A DNA stretch of 61,992 nt, counting the filler, from Hausera hauseri (lineage: Eukaryota), in NCBI GenBank assembly GCA_046269625.1. It is 10 parts of 10 records of this genome, joined end to end, with 100 filler letters (N's around TTAATTAATTAA, not from the genome) between each part and the next. Parts side by side here need not be neighbours in the genome. Positions count along the whole stretch, not along the records: positions 1 to 7,729 come from JBJURY010905979.1; positions 7,830 to 14,817 come from JBJURY010045998.1; 8 more parts are not named here. One strand, given 5' to 3'. The position numbers and the translations under genes are program-made. This document shows, piece after piece, positions 1 to 12,199 of the stretch; position 1 is the first letter of the stretch, and the number at the start of each line of letters is the position of its first letter. The notes under the pieces are model-generated. The model ran no database searches and was not told the origin of the DNA. It saw only the letters and a list, made by a program, of their open reading frames with translations.

Positions 1-950
1 TTCAGAACACAATTGCCGCTTAAAGCCTTCGACAAAGTTGGAATTGATTTCGCCGGACAGGTGAACACACGACAAAGACGAGGGTTAATACAGGAAAAAA
101 GATACATCTGTCTAATCACGTGTTTACTTTGTAGAGGAGTACACATCGAAATGTTGGCAGGGTTGGACACCAATTCTTTTTTAAAGGCACTGAAACGTTT
201 TATAAGTCGGAGGGAAAGGCCTTCGTTGATAGTCTCCGATAACGTGGAACATTTTTAGGAGTAAATAGAGAAGTGTGCGAATTTCAAATCGACACATATA
301 GTCTCAGGAGAGAGCTCAAGGACAACGAAATAAGGTGGATATTTAATCCTCCTGCAGGACCTCCCTTCGGAAGGGTCTATGAAGTAATGGTAAAGTCCAT
401 AAAAAATTCGTGGAACAAATTGCTTTCGGAGAATTCACTGACAGGTGAAGAATTAGAAACATTACTAATAGAGATTGAAGGAATTACGAATAGCCGACCG
501 CTAATAAGAGCCGTCGATGATAGTAAAAATGATGTCTTCCTCTCTCCGAACCACCATATAATCGCCGGATACAACGGTGTGATCTCATCGGAGGTGACCG
601 GAACGAGGATCAGTAGATTGGCAGATAGATGGAGATACATACAAAAGTTAGTTAGCGAGTATTTGGGTCGTTGGAGAAGTGAATTCCTATCTGAATAGCG
701 AAATTATGAGAGAGAAAAAGGAGAAAAGATAGACCTGAAGATCGGAGAAAAGTGTGGCTATTGGAGAAGAATGAAAAATCAAATCACTGGCCAGTTGCAG
801 AAATAACAAAAGCTTTCCCTGGGATAGACAACGTCACAAGGGTGGTAGAAATAAGACTGAATGGAGAAATGTATAAAAGGCCAGTACACAAGTTATGCAA
901 AATAGAAAATGATTTGAGTTGGACGGATACCATAGAGAACATACCTGTGA
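1..950 (+). pseudogene. BEL/Pao integrase core and C-terminal (DUF5641-like) region, frameshifted
   Basis: GIDFAG, LKRFISRR, IVSDN, WIFNPP, EGITNSRPL, WRSEFL, WPVAEI..AFPG.D...RVVEI. Confidence 0.9.
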
Positions 951-963
951 GCCGGGTTGCCCC

Positions 964-977
964 AAGGAGGGGGGAAA
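964..977 (+). promoter_or_regulatory. Polypurine tract of the BEL element
   Basis: AAGGAGGGGGGAAA after the IN end and directly before TG(CTAGG). Confidence 0.8.
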
Positions 978-2490
978 TGCTAGGACCCGATTGTTAGTTG
1001 GGGAATTCGGCGAAAGTCCAACCAGAAGTTAAAATTAGGGAGAGTATATATGTGTATGTACATATAGATGTGTGTATGAATATATGTAAATATAAGCATA
1101 TGTGTATAAGTATAGGTGTGTATATGTATATAAGTATAATTGGTATGTTGAATTGTATATATATATATATATATATATTGTACATAATGTTTTACGTTTA
1201 TCATGATAAAATTGTGTGTGGATGAGGTATGCTTGGGAAAAGGGTGCTGGTCAGTAATGTAAAATAGGTGGAATGCTGATTGGTGTTACGAATTATGTAA
1301 TTGTGACACAACCCTTATCAGTATCCTGGGAGGCCTGAAAGTTCGGAAGGATTAATGTAAAATTAGTAGTGTCAATGTTACAGGTAAGAATTATTGAAAA
1401 TTGATTACAAAAAATTTAAAAAGATTTAAAATTTAAATATTTAATAGTCAGATTATATGCAAATTGCTCTTGGCGTAATAATAAGAATAAAGATTAGTGC
1501 AAAAGTTAATGAGTTAGAATGAAAAATATATCAGAACACAAGAAAGCGCAATACAGTCGATCGAAATTTGACTTACCTGTGAAATCGGAGATGGAAACGA
1601 ATGAAACAAATCTAGTCTTTGGAAATTTGATGTCAGATGAGAATGTTATTACCAAAGTGATGAAATCGAACCTTATTTCTTATCTTTATTCACTGTTCTC
1701 GAATGACGTGATGCTCAATGATATGGTCCAAAACACCGAAGAATGAAATCCGGAGAATCATGTGAACGCACATGAAATAATGGGATCATCTAGTAATTAT
1801 GGAAGTAACTTTACTGAGTACCAAAGAATTTTCAAATATTTAATGACCGTTCGTCGTCTTATAAATAGAAAGACAAGATCGAATATGCGAGAGCTGCTTG
1901 GTCAAAAGACTCGATATAATGGAAGTTATTCTGAATCATTCCCGAAGTCAAACCGTCCTCTTGGTAATTCTTCAAGAGTTCAGTCAATCTATTCTCAAAC
2001 GTTATCTCGTTGAAAAGCAGCAAAACCTTGGGTTTGTAAGTTACTTTTCCGTACAAATTATCTCGATGAGAAAAATATTGATGGAAGAAAACCCAATGAC
2101 ACTACTATGTTTCCGTTAAGAGGTGGATTTAATAAGATTGTTGAGGTTTATCTTCATCTTTTCGATTCCGGGAGTTCTGGGACGGGTTGTGTCGATGGGA
2201 GAAATGCATGTGTGTCTGGGGGAGTTGAAATGAATGAGTGAGGGAACGAAATTGGTGATAAGATCAGTCTACGTAAGTCGGCGTTGAGTTGGGGGGTTCT
2301 ATAGCTCAAGGGCATTTAGTTGGGCTGAAGAGATATATAAGTCAGAAGAAAAAGTGTATGGGTCCAATGAAGGATTGGTAAATGTGGCAAGGGGATTTAC
2401 ATGAGTAATAAATTGTTTGTTTATTTAGAAGGGAATGTATACAATGTTTCGACGATTTTATCCTATTATATCATTATAGATTTTCCATTA
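978..2490 (+). repeat. Single LTR-position segment between PPT and PBS (may include inserted or flanking DNA)
   Basis: Starts TG after the PPT, ends just before the tRNA PBS, AATAAA near 2407. Contains a TA-rich low-complexity tract (1040-1180) and unexplained ORF remnants (1519-2119). Confidence 0.55.
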
Positions 2491-2492
2491 TT

Positions 2493-2510
2493 TGGTAGCA
2501 GAGCGTGGTT
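2493..2510 (+). promoter_or_regulatory. Primer-binding site complementary to initiator tRNA-Met 3' end
   Basis: TGGTAGCAGAGCGTGGTT is the reverse complement of AACCACGCUCUGCUACCA. Confidence 0.85.
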
Positions 2511-2703
2511 TGTGCTCTGCACCGTAATCCGCGAGCACAGACCATGCGATGCAATGACCTTTCAAATTCTGCATATCCTTTTCCTTGATGTCGGTCTGCT
2601 TTTCTTCCCTTATTGTATGAATGGAGCGAAAATCCGTACCAAGCCCGTATACGTTGCATCAGGTAATGGTGCGCGGAGATTGAGCAACGTTTAAGGCGAG
2701 GCA

Positions 2704-4720
2704 ATGGTGATGCTCTCGGAGAAATTAAAAGTCTTATCTATTCGAATTAAAGAAAATATTCAAACGTCTAATTGCGTTGAGGGGACAAAAGGACGTAATA
2801 AATCAAATACGAAGGAAAATGATGTGTTTAGAAGAAACTTGCTTGGGGCGATAAGAAGCAAATTGCTAAAAGGAATGAATTGGAGGAATCTAGACGGTAT
2901 TGAGAAACGGTCAACCGAGAAAATAAAAAAGAAAAATGGAAATGAGAGAAATCTGAGGAAAGGCATTACAATGGAACAAGGTAAGATAAAAAAGGAATTA
3001 GATGATAAGAAAATGGGAGGAAATTCGGTCTTTCCAGAGGAAGAGAAGGAGAAACGAATAATCATGCGTTGTGGTGGACGTCGCTATGTGACAGGATCGA
3101 AAAAATTACGATCCTACTGTGCTCTAACAGATCACATAAAGGAGAACTTGAGGGTTCTCCGTGGATTCATATTGCTAAGTACCGAAAAGCCATTGCGTAC
3201 TGACAATGAAGTAAGGGATGTAAAGCACGGTTCAACAGTTTATGTAATGTTCCAGTTAAAAGGGGGAAGTGAACGGACCGTAGACGAGCTCGAAGAACGT
3301 CGAAGGCCCATAAATGAGTTAGCCTTGATCAGAAGGAAGTTGATAGACATAAAATTGAGTGAACATGATTACGGCGTGTTCTATCAAAGTTATGAAAACA
3401 TTTTCTCAAACGTCCAAGAGGAACTATGTATATTACCGACTGCAGCTAGAAAACTAAAAAGAAAAGAACGTAACGCTACCGGAGAACGAGATGGAAAAGT
3501 TGAACAAACAAAATGAGTAGATTAACACAATTAATTATAAACGGAGTCTCCGAGAGAATAAAACTGTCCTCAACGTAACAAAAAAGACCGCGAATGACAA
3601 AATGAGAAAAAAAACATATTTCCGAAACTACAAAGGCTGGAGCTGTCAAAATTTGGTGGGGCGATCGTTAAATATGACCGATGGAGAAGAACATTTGACA
3701 TATGTATAGACAAAACGTTAATGTCTACCATATGTAAACAACTACAATTGGAAAGATGCATATATGATGAGTCGAAAAGGTTATCAGAAAACTTCGACAT
3801 GTCGGAAGGAGGGTATAGGGTATCCCTGGAAAAACTAGATTCCTAATACGGTGGTGAACAGCGATCTTATGCGGCGTTTATGACTGAAGTCATGAGGTTC
3901 CGGGCAATTGACGAGGAAGACATAAGAGGGCTAAACGAATTCGTGGCAATGTTCGAAGGAATAATTGTAAGATTGAGGACTATAGGGAGAACAGAGGAGC
4001 TTACTGGAGGGCTACTGTATCAAAGCCTTGTAGAGAAGCTCACAGAATCAATTGTACTTCTGTGGGAAAGGCACGTCACCAAGAAAAGTCGGGTAGGACC
4101 GTAGTAGAAATGAAGAATTGTATTGAAACGGGAGCGATGGTCAGGAGGAATACCATAGAAAGAGTAAGAGGGATAGAAGTGTTTAACACAGGTCAGGATG
4201 GTTGATATTCACCTGCGGAAAATAGAAGATCGTACTTTACAAAAGATCACAGGCTGTGAATAAAGAGTACGAGAATATGAATCCCAAAATAAATGATCGA
4301 CAAGTAAAAAATGGATGCAATCTAACCCCCCCCCAACATACAACGCGAAGATCGGCCCCAGAGATGCTGGAATTATAAAAAGATGGGTCTATGCCAATTC
4401 GGAGCGAAGTGTAAATACATATATCAACCTAGTAAAATGAGCAAAAAAGGACATATTGGTACTATGAAAAAGGAGAGTGTAAATATGGGAATAATTGTAA
4501 ATTCCTACATGAAAAAATTTGTAGAAGGAAAGGCTAAAGACAGTTATGACAACAGGGATGTAGGGAGAAAAATGGAAAATTCTTGTGAGAACACAATATG
4601 CACGAAAACAGAGGAGTCAATGCCATGGACGTCAAAAAACGAAGAAAGAAAGGAGGTACAAAGTAAACAAAAAAGTGTTAGAGTTTACGTTACCCAAGGT
4701 ACTCCGGAAGCTAGTGAATA
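2704..4720 (+). pseudogene. BEL Gag with N-terminal ubiquitin-like domain (3052-3267), DUF1759-like core (~3620-4100) and CCCH fingers (4365-4510)
   Basis: ...STVYVMFQLKGG; FPKLQRLELSKFGG...W.RTF; CWNYKKMGLCQFGAKCKYIY and (Y)WYYEKGECKYGNNCKFLH. Confidence 0.8.
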
Positions 4721-4729
4721 AGAAGAAAG

Positions 4730-7729
4730 GATAGCTCTAAGGACTGTGGAAGTATGGATAAAGAATGGGAATAGAATGAAGAAAGCAATAATGCTGTTGG
4801 ACGATGGTAGTACCGACAGTTTCGTTGACTGAAAACTGTGCGAAGAATTCGGTGTCGGTAAGAAAACAGAAACGTTGACGATAACAGTCGTCGGAGGAAA
4901 ACAGACCAAGATGTCTATCGATAGGGTTAAAATGGTATTGATAAATATGGACCGGTTAATGGAAGTTAAATTCGAAGCATTGGCTATGAGAAATCCAACC
5001 GGAAGGATGAGGGCAGTGAATTGGTTTATTGAAAGATGGCCACATCTGAAGGATTTAAAGTTTCCCAAGATGTCACACAGGTTGGAAGTGGATGGGATCA
5101 TTGGGGCGAATTTTATAGAATAACACAGGTCAATCAAAGAGGTATACGGTAAAAGGGGTGCACCGGTGGCGCGATTAACCCGTTAGGTTGGACCTGTGTA
5201 GGGTAAATAAAAAAGGGAAGGAAAATCATAAAGGGCAATTTTGTGAGAGCCTTTTCGACAAGGACAGAATAAATTGAAAATAACTTGAGCCGATTATGGG
5301 AGGTCGAGTTTAATATGGATGTGAAAGAGTCTGAGAGGTCTGAATAAAACAAGGAAACAGTGAAGAGTATACTAGATGAAACGACTTACGAGAAAAACAG
5401 ATACTGTGTTCCATTGCCGTGGAAGGGAAGGAAACAATTAGGAATGGGAAATAATGAATGGATGGCAAAAAGACGACAAGAAATTATAAAGAACAAGTTA
5501 GATAAAAATGAGAAGACAAAGGCAACCTATGAGAAGGTAATCGATGCGCACACAAAGGAAGGGTATATACGAGTAATGGAGGAGCGAGAGGAGCAAGAGA
5601 CAGCTTGGTTGTTACCATATTTTCCGGTTATGAAAACCAACAGGGAGACCACAAAATGCTGGATGGTTTTCGATGCTTCTGCGAGATATCGAGGAAAGTG
5701 TTTAAACGATTTTCTGGACCCCGGTTCAACACTACAACTAGATATCATAGACATTATAATAAGGATGAGGAAACGACCATGGGTAGTAGTATGTGATATA
5801 CAAGAAATGTTCCTGCAGATCGAAATAAAACAAGAGGATACAAAATATCTGAGATTTCTGTGGTACAAAGATGGGAAACTCAAGACCTATAAGTTCAATC
5901 GGTTGGTATTTGGGCTGAATACCTCCCCGTTTCTGGCGCAGCTGGTCTCGAGACATATTGTCGAAAAATTTAGAGATAGATTCCCTAGAGCCGTAGAGAC
6001 GATAGAGTATTCTACGTACATAAACGACTGCATCGATTCCGTCGGCACCGAAAAGGAGGCTGTTTCGTTATATAATGAGCTGAACGAAATCTGGAAAAAA
6101 GCCGGGATGGAACCTCTCAAGTGGGCGTCGAATTCAAATGAATTGATGAATATAATGCCTACCACGAGCGGAGAAAAAGAATTTAGCATATCGGAAAAAA
6201 GGGACGTGGTTACCAAGACATTAGGGATAAAGTGGAATATATAAGACGATAGATTTGAGTTTGAGGAATGCTAAAAACAAGAGACGGAAGTAACAAAAAG
6301 AACATTATTAAGCGCATTAATTAAACTGTTTGACCAGCTAGGTTTTATCAGTTGATACACATTGTTAGGTAAAATATTCTTGCAGCAACTGTAGATGATG
6401 AATGTAGATTGGGACGAAAAGATTCCCAAGGAATTGAGCGAGAAAATGAGAACATGGGTAAAAGGAATGGAGAACTTGAGCATAATAAAGGTGCCAAGAT
6501 ATTTACATTTCCAGGAGGGCGGCGATAGTAAAGTGAATATATTCTGCGACGCCTCTAGATGGGGGTATGGGGCGGTCGCGTACTTGATATCTATAGTGGA
6601 AGGAGAAATTAAAGTAGTAATCATATGCTCAAAAGGTAATGTGACACCAGTAAAATCTGTCGCCATACCAAGATTGGAATTAATGGTAGCTTGCAGAGCA
6701 TTTAGGCTGGGGAGAGAGGTGGGAAGGACTCTGTGCAGCAAGAAAGAGGATATACAGTTCTGGACAGATAGCATGAACGTATTGTATTGGATAAAAGGTT
6801 TCAGGAAGTATTAAAAGACATTCGTTGCCAAGTGAGTGGGTTTCATCCAAGAAGAAACGACCGGGGACAATGGAACTATTGAGATCAAAACACAACCCAG
6901 CAAACTGCCTGTCTATGGGACTGGGTATTGATGAGCTACGAGATAAAATAGAATTGTGGAATGATCCGGAGGTCCTCAGACAGACGGAAGGCCAATGGCC
7001 AATCCAACCAAGAGAACTAACGAGGCCGAAGGATGACGAAAGGAGAAAAGACGTCTTCACATTAATGTCCTTGAGAAATAATGCAATGGAGGGAAAATAT
7101 TGAAGACAGGATAATGTGGATGACACCGAACAATGTGTAGAATCCCTTTGGGAAGGAGTAGTTAGACAAAAGATTGAGGAAATTGCACAGAAAGAGGAAA
7201 ACAATAATCTAAGCGAGGTAGAGCTAAGAAGGAAGGCCAAATTGGAAATAATAAAGGAGGACCAAGAAAAGGAATTTTATAGGGAAATGAGAAAATTACG
7301 ATCCAAGAAGAACATTAGTGTTAGGAGTGCTATTGCAAAGTCTAAAACCGTTTTAGACGACGAAGGGGTATTGAGATCATGTAGTTGCTTGATGACGACC
7401 TCTTGGTTGAATTGGAAGCAAAAATATCCTATAATACTGCCCTCGAAGAGCATTGTAACAAAATTAATCATTGAAGATACTCATTTAAATTTACGACACG
7501 CGGCGGGAGTCAACCATCAAGTCGCTGAGTTAAGTAGTAAATAGTGGTTCCCCAGGATGAAGAAACTAGTCAAGGCTTATCAAAATTATTGTATGACCTG
7601 CAGGAGATCAAATGCGAAAGGAATACGAACGATAGCGACACCATTATCGGCATTCAGAACACAATTGCCGCTTAAAGCCTTCGACAAAGTTGGAATTGAT
7701 TTCGCCGGACAGGTGAACACACGACAAAG
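4730..7729 (+). pseudogene. BEL pol: protease, RT, RNase H, integrase zinc finger; disrupted
   Basis: LLDDGSTDSF; YIND in place of YxDD; FCDAS; H...HAAGVNH...CMTC. Confidence 0.9.
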
Positions 7730-7829
7730 NNNNNNNNNNNNNNNNNNNNNNNNNNNNNNNNNNNNNNNNNNNNTTAATTAATTAANNNNNNNNNNNNNNN
7801 NNNNNNNNNNNNNNNNNNNNNNNNNNNNN
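7730..7829. other. Artificial contig linker. Same linker at 14818-14917, 19866-19965, 25042-25141, 29985-30084, 36396-36495, 41779-41878, 50400-50499, 57864-57963.
   Basis: N44-TTAATTAATTAA-N44, which gives stops in all six frames. Confidence 0.98.
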
Positions 7830-10800
7830 AATGACGTGCTGTAAGTAAGTGAGAAAAATGTCTTAAAGCAAGAACTATTGCCAGCAGTTCCAGATCGAAA
7901 GTTGAATATATAGTTTCTGGTGGAGTTAATTTTCGGGAAAAAAATTCTAGGGGCTGATTTTTGCCTTTGTACAACTGGTGTAGTACGGCGCCTACTTTGA
8001 TGTTTGATGCATCTGTGGTCAAAATTGTCTCAGCGTCAGGCTTAGGAAATGCTAATATTTCAACAGTATTTAGTCCTTCGCGAAGCCTATCAAACCTATT
8101 AACCAGTTGTCGTGTCCACTGGATTTTCTGGTGTTTTTTCCTCCTCTTAAGTGTGCAAAAGTTGCTGTGAGTTCCGAACAATATGGGACATATTTGTGGA
8201 CGAAATGCAAGGTTCCAAGAAAACTGCGCATTTCAGTGGTTTTCCTAGGTAATTAAACGTTTTTAAGAGACTCAACGCAATCTGGCGGAGGTGAATGGCC
8301 GTGTTTCTGAAAGAAGTTACATTTTGCAAAATTGATCTGTAGGTCGAACTGATTAAGTCGTTTGAAAATAGATCGTAGGTGTTTCTAATGTTGTTTAACA
8401 AAATGAGAAACAACCAAGATATCATCAATATATAAATGTGCAAAAGGGAAGTCTGAAAGGATTGAGTCAACGTGTCGCTGAAAAGTCTGCGCAGCATTAC
8501 AGAGACCGAAAGGCATGTACACGTACTCATAAAGACCGAAAGGTGTGGTAACTACAGTTTTCTCGATGTCTTCCGGTGCGACAGGAATTTGGTGGTAAGC
8601 TTTGGTTAAATCAATTGTTGAATAGACTGTAGTAGTATTAAGCCAATATAATATGTCTTTAATTAATGGTAGTGGATATGCATCCATTGTGGTTAAAGTA
8701 TTAAGCTGGTGGTAATCGCCACATGATCGGAAGGATCCATCTTTCTTTTGGACAACGTGAAGAGGCGAAGACCATGGGGATTTAGATCTACGGACAATAC
8801 CTGATTGTTCGAGTTCAAAAAATTCCGCCTCTACTGCCTGCCTGAGACGCGGTGACAATGGACAGACCTTTTGTCGAATTGGTCTTTGGTGTCGTGTAAT
8901 TATATGGTTGTAAATGCCGTTTATAATTGTAAAATTCCGATCTTTCTGAAGAATACGAGGACAAGAAGTATTGATGAATTGTTGTAAGCTTACGGGTAGT
9001 TGCTGGACTATTGGGAGTGTCGATGAACCAAGGTTTTTAGCAGTACTTGATGAATGTTGGTTGTATGTTGGTGGGGAATTGAGTGGAGTTTGATGTGGAA
9101 TGTTCGTGTCTAAGGCCTTATTTGATCAAATGTTGTTGTTCAATGATTTTACTAATGATCAATATCGTGAGTGTCGACATTGAGCTGTGACTGACTATTG
9201 ACATTGTGTATTTGATTTCAGACATCGTTGGTTACAATCGACTAGCAAGTTATAGTACTACAGGAAATCGGAGTCAAATATTGCTGTCTGGACGTTAGCG
9301 AAAGATAATTTGCAAGTTCCGGCAATATGAAGGGGTTGACTGGAGGCAGTTTATAACGGTTTTGTTTTAAGTGAAGAATGCTGAACCAGAAAAGAAAGTG
9401 GTAGTAATGAGTTCGCTGCACCGGTATCGATGAGAAAGTCTATGGATTGAACGTTAGAAGTGGAGATAGCAGCTTTTAGTGTAAAGACTGAAAAAGAAGT
9501 GCGTAGGCAAGAAGAAGTAGGTAAGTTGCCTTTGACAGATTCTTCCGTGAATACTGGCAGCGAAATCAGTTTTTTTTGGATTGTTGAATTTGGTCGGTTA
9601 ATATTAGTGAAACTGGAACATCTATCAGTGGTGTAGTTATGGTTAGTCTTATAGTTACAGCCTGAAATACAATTCCGGGCATTAGATCCAAATTTTTCAT
9701 GATAGATGCAAAAAATGTTATCTGAGTGTAAATGCGAGGAATAATATCTACAGCCTAAGCAGCATTTATTTGCTTTGTTATTAAATTTATGATAATAACA
9801 TATAAATGACCGCGTTGGTGACGGTGTTCGTTTTCTTGACACAGAACGTGTTGGACGAGGTAAGAAAGCATTCTGTCGATGTGAGGAAAGGTCATTCAGC
9901 TTATCATTGATGTTATTGATTGTATGTTGTAGTGCAGCATTTTCGGCGCGTAATTGGTTTAATTGGTGTTCTATAGATGTATGTCGTTGGCTGTCGTCGG
10001 TCGTGATTGCGGCTGATGTAATGGGTTGTGATTGTATTTGTAAAACTTTGTGTGCTTTATCGGCCAATTCAGCTAGTTTATCTAAAGCTGTAGAATCCTC
10101 AAAAACAGTAAGTCATGTCCTAATTTGAATAGGTAAAGCATTAAGAAAATATCGGCATAGTAGATCCGGATTGTGTTCCTTGGTGACACCCAGAGTACGT
10201 AAGTGGGCCAATGAGATGAATAAGAAATCACTAGGCTTTTGTGTCCCCATTGTGTTTTCATTAAAGAATCGTTGTATTATCGAGTTAATTGGTGGTTTTC
10301 TTGGCTTTAATACAGCATTGAACAATTGCGTATAAGGGTCAGGACGTTGAGAAATGTCCAGTAATATATGGATTGAGGTCTTTATGGAGTTTGATAGAAG
10401 GTAGAGTAAATTATGGGCTTTGGTTAACGAGTCGGTAATGCCGTTGGATTGTAGCCAAATTGATGGTAGTGGAGCCAACTCTTACTAGAGTTTTCATTGT
10501 CTGTAAAATATTCAGAGCAATGCGAAGGTGTAATTGTAGGGGTTTTATGAGAAAAGTTAGTATCGGTTGAAGGAGTTAAATGGTTTGATTTTGGATAGTA
10601 GACAATGGATTTTGGTTTTGTGGTCATCTTATCTGTGATGTCACTTATTGGTGAAGAAATCATACCGTCGCGGATTATAGGGTAGATGTGAATACAGTAA
10701 TAGTGTTATGAGGACATGATGCGTGAGAGGTCAGTTAGAATGAATCCATTGTGTGTCAAATAGAAGTCATTAAAGGCGGTGGCTTTATGAATTAGGTCAC

Positions 10801-10930
10801 ATAATTGTATTGTGCCGACACATTGTGTTATATGTGCGGTATGTATTAATTTATTATTTACAAAAAGGTGGATTGAAAATGATGACGAGAGGCAACAAGG
10901 TGGATGATGCGGTATCTCTACGTATTTTGT
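7830..10930 (-). mobile_element. Gypsy (CsRn1-like) LTR retrotransposon copy A: Ubl-gag-PR-RT-RNase H, decayed
   Basis: QKPSDFL and LDKLAELADK (gag); two CxxH-x8/9-C-x3-C knuckles; FLIDTGA; SPWSSPLHVV.KKDG, IDLTKAYHQIP, MPFGLCNA.QTFQR, YIDD; TTDAS...GAVL, YSTFDLELLAI. Confidence 0.92.
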
Positions 10931-12199
10931 CACATATCTTGTAGCTGTTGAATTAGCTGCTGTAAGCATGGTTCTGCCCGACTGGGCCTGATCGTCCAGA
11001 CGAGTTTAATTCCATCGGTGAACCAGGACGCAGATGTGGTAAGGGAGGAAGCTAAACATCTTACGTACGTCTTAAATGGTAAATATGGATGAAATCCAGT
11101 TAGTGTCAAATTGTATGTAACCAAACAGACTGTTATATTTCTTGAAACCGAACTAGCCTTACCTAATTGATAAACAACTGTGATGAAGTCTCCAGTGTAT
11201 TGCAGGTCCATAGTAATAACCTTAGAACTTGAAATGAAGTGTGGTCTGTACGTTTGTTTTAATTATGAATTTGGCGTTTGTATAATGAGAACATTTTTAA
11301 TTTTTTGTGAACGGGTAACGGTTTCATTTACAGAAAAGTGTTTGACTTAACGGCCATAAATTTAATGTAATTAATGATGACGTACAATCTTTTGACACCA
11401 ACCGAACTCTACTCTGGTTTAGACCAGTGGGACCCTCCGAAGGGATTCGAGAAAATCTGACATAATAATCCATTTCAAGCAACACATCCGAATCATATGT
11501 TGCAAGAACAATGATATGTTCTCCTTCCAAGATTGTTATTTCCTATTTGAATGAGTGCCATATTTCGTTTTTAATTCGAAATACATTATCAAATCTCTTG
11601 GAAGTGAATACTTGATTGGAATTTCTAGTCAACGCTTTAGACCACCGTTTTTTGTTTGGAATAATGAAGCAAATGGACAAGGCGTTAAGAATGTGCCAAA
11701 GGAAATGGTACAAGTAATATTCGTATCCATGAGATACCGACAAGCAAAAAGGACAAATGCAATTGCTGCACAGACTAGACACCGTCAGAGACCAAGAAGC
11801 CACCAATCAATGGGTGGTATGATAACTCGTAATTGCGAAATGCAAAAACCCCAGGATCCTAATACGATCATTGTTCCACTACTGATAGGTATGAGATAGA
11901 ACCAGAACGATTTGTGAATCACACCAGCGAGTAATGAACAAGCATAAACATTATTATATTTAAAATCATTTGTAATATGACAAGAAGCGATATGGATACC
12001 ATTAGAGTGACCCAGTTGCTGCTGACCGCAACAATATGATCAAAGTAAGCAAGTTTATCAACAGGTAATATGCACGTGCTATATTCACTATAATCTGAGC
12101 TGCATATAATATACACCATAGAAAATCCATCGGCGATAAAGTCCATTAAAGCGAGGGGAAGTGTGCGTTAAAAACCGACAATTATTGTCGGAAAAATAA

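Larger units (their letters stand above)
1..7729 (+). mobile_element. BEL/Pao LTR retrotransposon, decayed and circularly permuted: IN C-half, PPT, LTR, PBS, Ubl-gag, PR, RT, RNase H, IN N-half
   Basis: Pao-type motifs: VGIDFAG, SDN and LNSRP-like ITNSRPL (IN); LELSKFGG (DUF1759-like Gag); LLDDGSTDSFV (PR); VFDASA, CDIQEMFLQI, LVFGLNTSPFLA (RT); IFCDAS.WGYGAVAY and IPRLELM (RNase H). Many stops and frameshifts. Confidence 0.93.

Noticed and set aside
980-1225. Tyr/Ile/His-rich ORFs
   Set aside because: Translation of TA/TG low-complexity DNA.
1519-2119. Coding-like remnants inside the BEL LTR segment
   Set aside because: No recognisable motif; cannot assign.
2704-7729. Alternative genetic code or readthrough to explain the stops
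   Set aside because: All three stop types plus frameshifts occur, and the 1319-aa ORF is clean in the standard code. Ordinary decay.
7774-7785. Repeated TTAATTAATTAA motif inside N runs
   Set aside because: Artificial linker. ORFs crossing it are invalid.
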